Shown here in pieces: positions 60,361 to 64,000 of a stretch of 64,000 nucleotides of DNA. Both the position numbers and the translations under genes were made by a program. Each line of letters opens with the position of its first letter. The first letter of the stretch is position 1. The DNA is taken from positions 1-64,000 of the forward strand of contig CAVVYZ010000022.1 of the NCBI GenBank assembly GCA_963752595.1, in the 5' to 3' direction. Under the pieces are notes generated by a model. That model saw nothing but the letters and a program-made list of their open reading frames with translations. It was not told the DNA's origin and ran no database searches. The stretch is from an uncultured delta proteobacterium (GTDB taxonomy: Bacteria > Desulfobacterota > Desulfomonilia > UBA1062).

Positions 60361-63300
60361 ATGATGAACAGCTCCTTCCTTATGAACCAGTTGGATTACC
60401 TTTCCTTCGTTACTGCATTTTCGTTTATCGCAGTCTGCATCACCTTCCTTTTTCTTTCACTGGACGGCATGAAACGTCTCCCCTGGAAATTGCCTGCTGC
60501 CTTCGGCTTGTTGCAAGCCGTGTATTGGCTTCTTTTCATGCTTTCTCTAAGTATGCAGGACAGAGCCCTCTTCCAAGTGATTCATTTTGCATTATTCCTC
60601 CTTTCATTCGCATTCCTTGCAGAATTCGCACGGACCGGTTCCCGGATACAACAGAGACACGTGCCTGGATTGTGGATGTACCTGGCGTTTGCCCTCTGTG
60701 CCGCCCTTTTATGGGTGCTCGGGTTGAAAAGCCCTGAATGTATCTTGCGCCTGGCTGTCGTACTGCCGGGAGGTCTTTTTGCCTCTCTGATACTCTGGCG
60801 CGAGGGAAGAAAAGCTCCTGAAAGATCATCCGGCAGATGGCTCGGACTTTTAAGCATGAGCATAGCGACGTACACCGTGCTCGTCAGCTTTACAGGGAGG
60901 AATCCGGGGATGTCTCTGCTTTCTCTCATCATTTCCGAGGAATATCTTATCGCGGCATACATATCAGTCTGTCTCGGCCTAGCGGTTTCCTCTCTGACCA
61001 TATCTTTTTCACTCACTCGATTTGCTTCTTCATTCATTGGTGTTTCTTGGAAGATGCCGACCCGTCTGCCCGACACACCGTGGTTTGCATGGTTTCTGGG
61101 GCTCGTTCTGATTTCCGGCTGGGGAATGACCGAATGGGCGGGCAGGTTCGAGGACGCGATGCTGCGGAATGAAATCATTACCCAGGCACGGATTGCCTCC
61201 AGAAGTATCGATATACCCGATCTACGCCGGCTCAAAGGAAACATTCACGATCTGAATGTACCCGAATACATCCATATAAAAGAACATCTCATAAAGATCA
61301 GGAGCGCCAACCCCTTCTACCGGTTCGTCTATCTTATGGGAAAGAATGGAAAAACCGTATTTTTCCTGGTTGATTCCGAGCTTCCGTCTTCAAAGGACTA
61401 TTCCCCTCCGGGCCAGATATATGAAGAGGAAACGACCGATGCATTTCTCAAGACATTCGATCCCGGCATAGAGATTACCGAAGGACCGCTCGCAGATGAA
61501 TGGGGCACATGGGTAAGCGCAACGATCCCCATCAGGGATCCGCAAACCGGAGCCGTGCCCGCTGTACTCGGCATCGATATCGATGCCTCTGATTGGCTGA
61601 AGAATATTTATGCTGCAAGGAGTCAGCCGATACTCGCAACCATGCTCATCACGCTGCTTGCGCTCGTGTTCAATATCTATCTGAAACGTTCCAGAATCAC
61701 GCATCTCAAGATCGCCGCCTCCGAGCAAAGGCTGCGTTACGCACTTGATGCAACGAGCGAAGGCGTGTGGGACTGGAACATGAAAACAAATGAGATCGAC
61801 TACAGCCCGCACTGGGCGGCAACGATGGGCTACTCCCGGGAAGATCTCATTCTTCTCGGTGATTTACGCCGAAGTATTGTCCACCCGGATGATCTGCAGA
61901 GGGTGCAGGATACCATCGAAGCATATCTTCAGGGAAAGGTTCCGGTATATGAGTGCGAGGCCCGCATGAAAACGAAAGCGGGAGCCTACAGATATACCCT
62001 GGATCACGGCAAAATTGTGGAATGGGACTCTGACGGCACCGCATCCCGCATGGTCGGTACCTTCATGGATATCTCGGCACGCAAGGAAATGGAAGAGGAT
62101 ATCAGAAAAAAAGAGAGCCAGTACCGCGAGTTCGTGGAAAACGCAAGCGATATGATTTACGAGATGGATGCAAGCGGGTATTTCCGGTTTATCAACCCTG
62201 CAGCCGCAAGGCTCTGCGGGTACACTGCCGAAGAGTTCATGGGCAAGCATTACCTGGATCTCATCCCTCAGAATTATCACAAGGACATTATCAGGAAATC
62301 AGGGATACAATTCGTAAATAAAATTTCAACGGTGTCCTACGAAACACCCCTCCTTACACGGGAAGGCATCCAGGTATGGGTATGGCACAGCGTGAGCCTT
62401 ATCATCGAAGAGGACACGATAAAAGGATTCCGGGTCGTTGCACGGGATATCACCGACCGAAAAATGGCCGAAGAGGAGCTCAAAAGGAAAGAAGAGCAGT
62501 ATCGTCAGCTCGTCGAGAATGCCAGCGATCTGATCTACGAGACCGATGCGTTGGGATATTTCCGGTTCCTCAACCCTGCCGCTGAAAGGATCAGCGGGTA
62601 TACCATCGAAGAGTTTATCGGCAGACATTTCCTTGAGTTCATCCCCGAGAGCCATCACGATTACATCACCAGGATGACCGGGATACAGTTTGTGAAAAAG
62701 ACCCCCACCATCTATTATGAAACCCCTATCCTGGCCAAGAACGGCCGTGAGGTCTGGCTCTGGCAGAGTGTAAGCCTGATCCTCGACGGAGATACGGTTA
62801 AGGGATTCAGGGTCCTTGCACGGGATATCACCGAGAAAAAGAGAGCGGAAGACGCCCTCAAAGAAAGCGAAGAGCGCCTGCATGCAGTATTTGATAATGT
62901 CCAGGCAGGTATCGTCCTGATAGATCCGGATACCCATCACATCGTGAATGCCAATAGAATGGCAGCCCATCTCTGCGCTACGACACCGGAGGCGATGGCA
63001 GGAACTCTCTGCCATGAGAGCATATGCCCGGCCCAGATAGGAGCATGCCCCATAACCGATAAATATGAAAGTATTGATAATTCGGAAAGGCTTCTCCTCA
63101 CCAGTGACGGGATGCAGATCCCTGTTCTGAAAACCGCAATCAAGGTCACCATTGGAGGCAAGGAATACCTGGTCGAGAGTTTCATAGATATTACCGCGCG
63201 AAAGGAAGCTGAGGAGCGCGTGAACCAACTCGCTGAGGAGGCCAGGGCAGCTAATCATGCGAAGAGTCTATTCCTTGCGAATATGAGCCATGAGATCCGT

Positions 63301-64000
63301 ACCCCGATGAACGGCGTCATCGGAATGACCGAGCTTCTTCTGGGAACCGAGCTTACGGCAAAGCAGCAACAATATGCCGGGATCATCCGCAAGAGCGGTG
63401 AATCCCTCGTCGCCCTCATAAACGATATCCTCGATTTCTCGAAGATCGAGGCAGATAAGCTCGACCTGGAAATCATCGATTTCGATTTGAGGGCGCTGCT
63501 CGAAGACCTCACCGAACTCCTTGCTGTGCGCACTGCCGAGAAAGGGATCGAGCTTTCCTGCCTCATCGGGCCCGACGTCCCTACTCACCTGCGCGGGGAT
63601 CCGGGGAGGCTCCGCCAGGTAATAATGAACCTTGCGGGCAATGCCGTGAAATTCACCGACCATGGCGAGGTTTCCATCAGGGTATCCGTGCACGGCGAAA
63701 CGGATGAAATCGTATCGCTGCTCTTCTCCATCCACGACACCGGAATCGGGATAGCGGCCGACAAGATCGATATGCTCTTCAATGCCTTTACGCAGGTGGA
63801 TGCATCGAGCACCCGCAAGTTCGGAGGCACCGGACTCGGCCTGGTGATCTCCAAGAAGCTCACGGAAATGATGGGAGGGACCATCTCGGTAGAGAGCAAT
63901 GAAGGCAAAGGTTCTGTTTTTTCTTTTAATGTCCTGCTCGATAAGCAGCCCGCATCATCACAAGTTGTCCCGAAGAGGCTTGAAGGAATTTCGGGCCGGC
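60361..64000 (+). CDS. Membrane sensor histidine kinase (multi-TM + Cache-like + 4 PAS + HisKA + HATPase), runs off the window
   Basis: Frame-1 ORF not in the track: hydrophobic N-terminus, RFVYLM...VDSE..S.DYSPPGQ.Y sensor, GVWDWN PAS, FLANMSHEIRTPMNG, LRGDPGRLRQ, NAVKFT, DTGIG and GGTGLGL. Confidence 0.93.
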   Translation, partial: MMNSSFLMNQLDYLSFVTAFSFIAVCITFLFLSLDGMKRLPWKLPAAFGLLQAVYWLLFMLSLSMQDRALFQVIHFALFLLSFAFLAEFARTGSRIQQRHVPGLWMYLAFALCAALLWVLGLKSPECILRLAVVLPGGLFASLILWREGRKAPERSSGRWLGLLSMSIATYTVLVSFTGRNPGMSLLSLIISEEYLIAAYISVCLGLAVSSLTISFSLTRFASSFIGVSWKMPTRLPDTPWFAWFLGLVLISGWGMTEWAGRFEDAMLRNEIITQARIASRSIDIPDLRRLKGNIHDLNVPEYIHIKEHLIKIRSANPFYRFVYLMGKNGKTVFFLVDSELPSSKDYSPPGQIYEEETTDAFLKTFDPGIEITEGPLADEWGTWVSATIPIRDPQTGAVPAVLGIDIDASDWLKNIYAARSQPILATMLITLLALVFNIYLKRSRITHLKIAASEQRLRYALDATSEGVWDWNMKTNEIDYSPHWAATMGYSREDLILLGDLRRSIVHPDDLQRVQDTIEAYLQGKVPVYECEARMKTKAGAYRYTLDHGKIVEWDSDGTASRMVGTFMDISARKEMEEDIRKKESQYREFVENASDMIYEMDASGYFRFINPAAARLCGYTAEEFMGKHYLDLIPQNYHKDIIRKSGIQFVNKISTVSYETPLLTREGIQVWVWHSVSLIIEEDTIKGFRVVARDITDRKMAEEELKRKEEQYRQLVENASDLIYETDALGYFRFLNPAAERISGYTIEEFIGRHFLEFIPESHHDYITRMTGIQFVKKTPTIYYETPILAKNGREVWLWQSVSLILDGDTVKGFRVLARDITEKKRAEDALKESEERLHAVFDNVQAGIVLIDPDTHHIVNANRMAAHLCATTPEAMAGTLCHESICPAQIGACPITDKYESIDNSERLLLTSDGMQIPVLKTAIKVTIGGKEYLVESFIDITARKEAEERVNQLAEEARAANHAKSLFLANMSHEIRTPMNGVIGMTELLLGTELTAKQQQYAGIIRKSGESLVALINDILDFSKIEADKLDLEIIDFDLRALLEDLTELLAVRTAEKGIELSCLIGPDVPTHLRGDPGRLRQVIMNLAGNAVKFTDHGEVSIRVSVHGETDEIVSLLFSIHDTGIGIAADKIDMLFNAFTQVDASSTRKFGGTGLGLVISKKLTEMMGGTISVESNEGKGSVFSFNVLLDKQPASSQVVPKRLEGISGR
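62116..62840 (+). repeat. Intragenic tandem duplication of a PAS-PAC unit (378-bp period)
   Basis: QYREFVENASDMIYEMDASGYFRFINPAA versus QYRQLVENASDLIYETDALGYFRFLNPAA. Confidence 0.85.

Overview
The window appears to contain two unrelated pieces joined at about 4,090-4,097, where two genes on opposite strands both lose their 5' ends. Bases 1-4,090 hold a compact DNA alkylation-repair cluster: an MPG/AAG-type 3-methyladenine glycosylase (missing from the ORF track), a divergent PolX-PHP with a degenerate polymerase site, DUF763, and an AlkB-type dioxygenase translationally coupled to DUF763. The rest reads like the chromosome of an anaerobic Deltaproteobacterium (Desulfobacterota/Syntrophales-like; inferred from gene content). 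It carries an ABC-F ATPase, a flavoprotein, an orphan DnaG-like protein with a broken DxD motif, beta-oxidation genes, RNA-modification genes, HD-GYP, PilZ, radical SAM, an M23 peptidase, a DUF3857/transglutaminase protein and two ArnT-like glycosyltransferases. A ~27 kb nitrogen/glutamine supercluster follows: pyrG, carB, nagB-like, glmM, acetyltransferase-only GlmU, a 1,235-aa GlmS-like protein, carA, three-part glutamate synthase, a NifA-like activator, and amtB-PII-glnD-hisF behind a sigma54 promoter. The window ends with an MMPL transporter, an RCC1-repeat lipoprotein and a multi-PAS histidine kinase that runs off the right edge. Many conserved genes carry clustered indels, most likely long-read consensus errors. 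I saw no rRNA, tRNA, CRISPR array or transposase. All family calls come from recognising motifs by eye; no database search was run.
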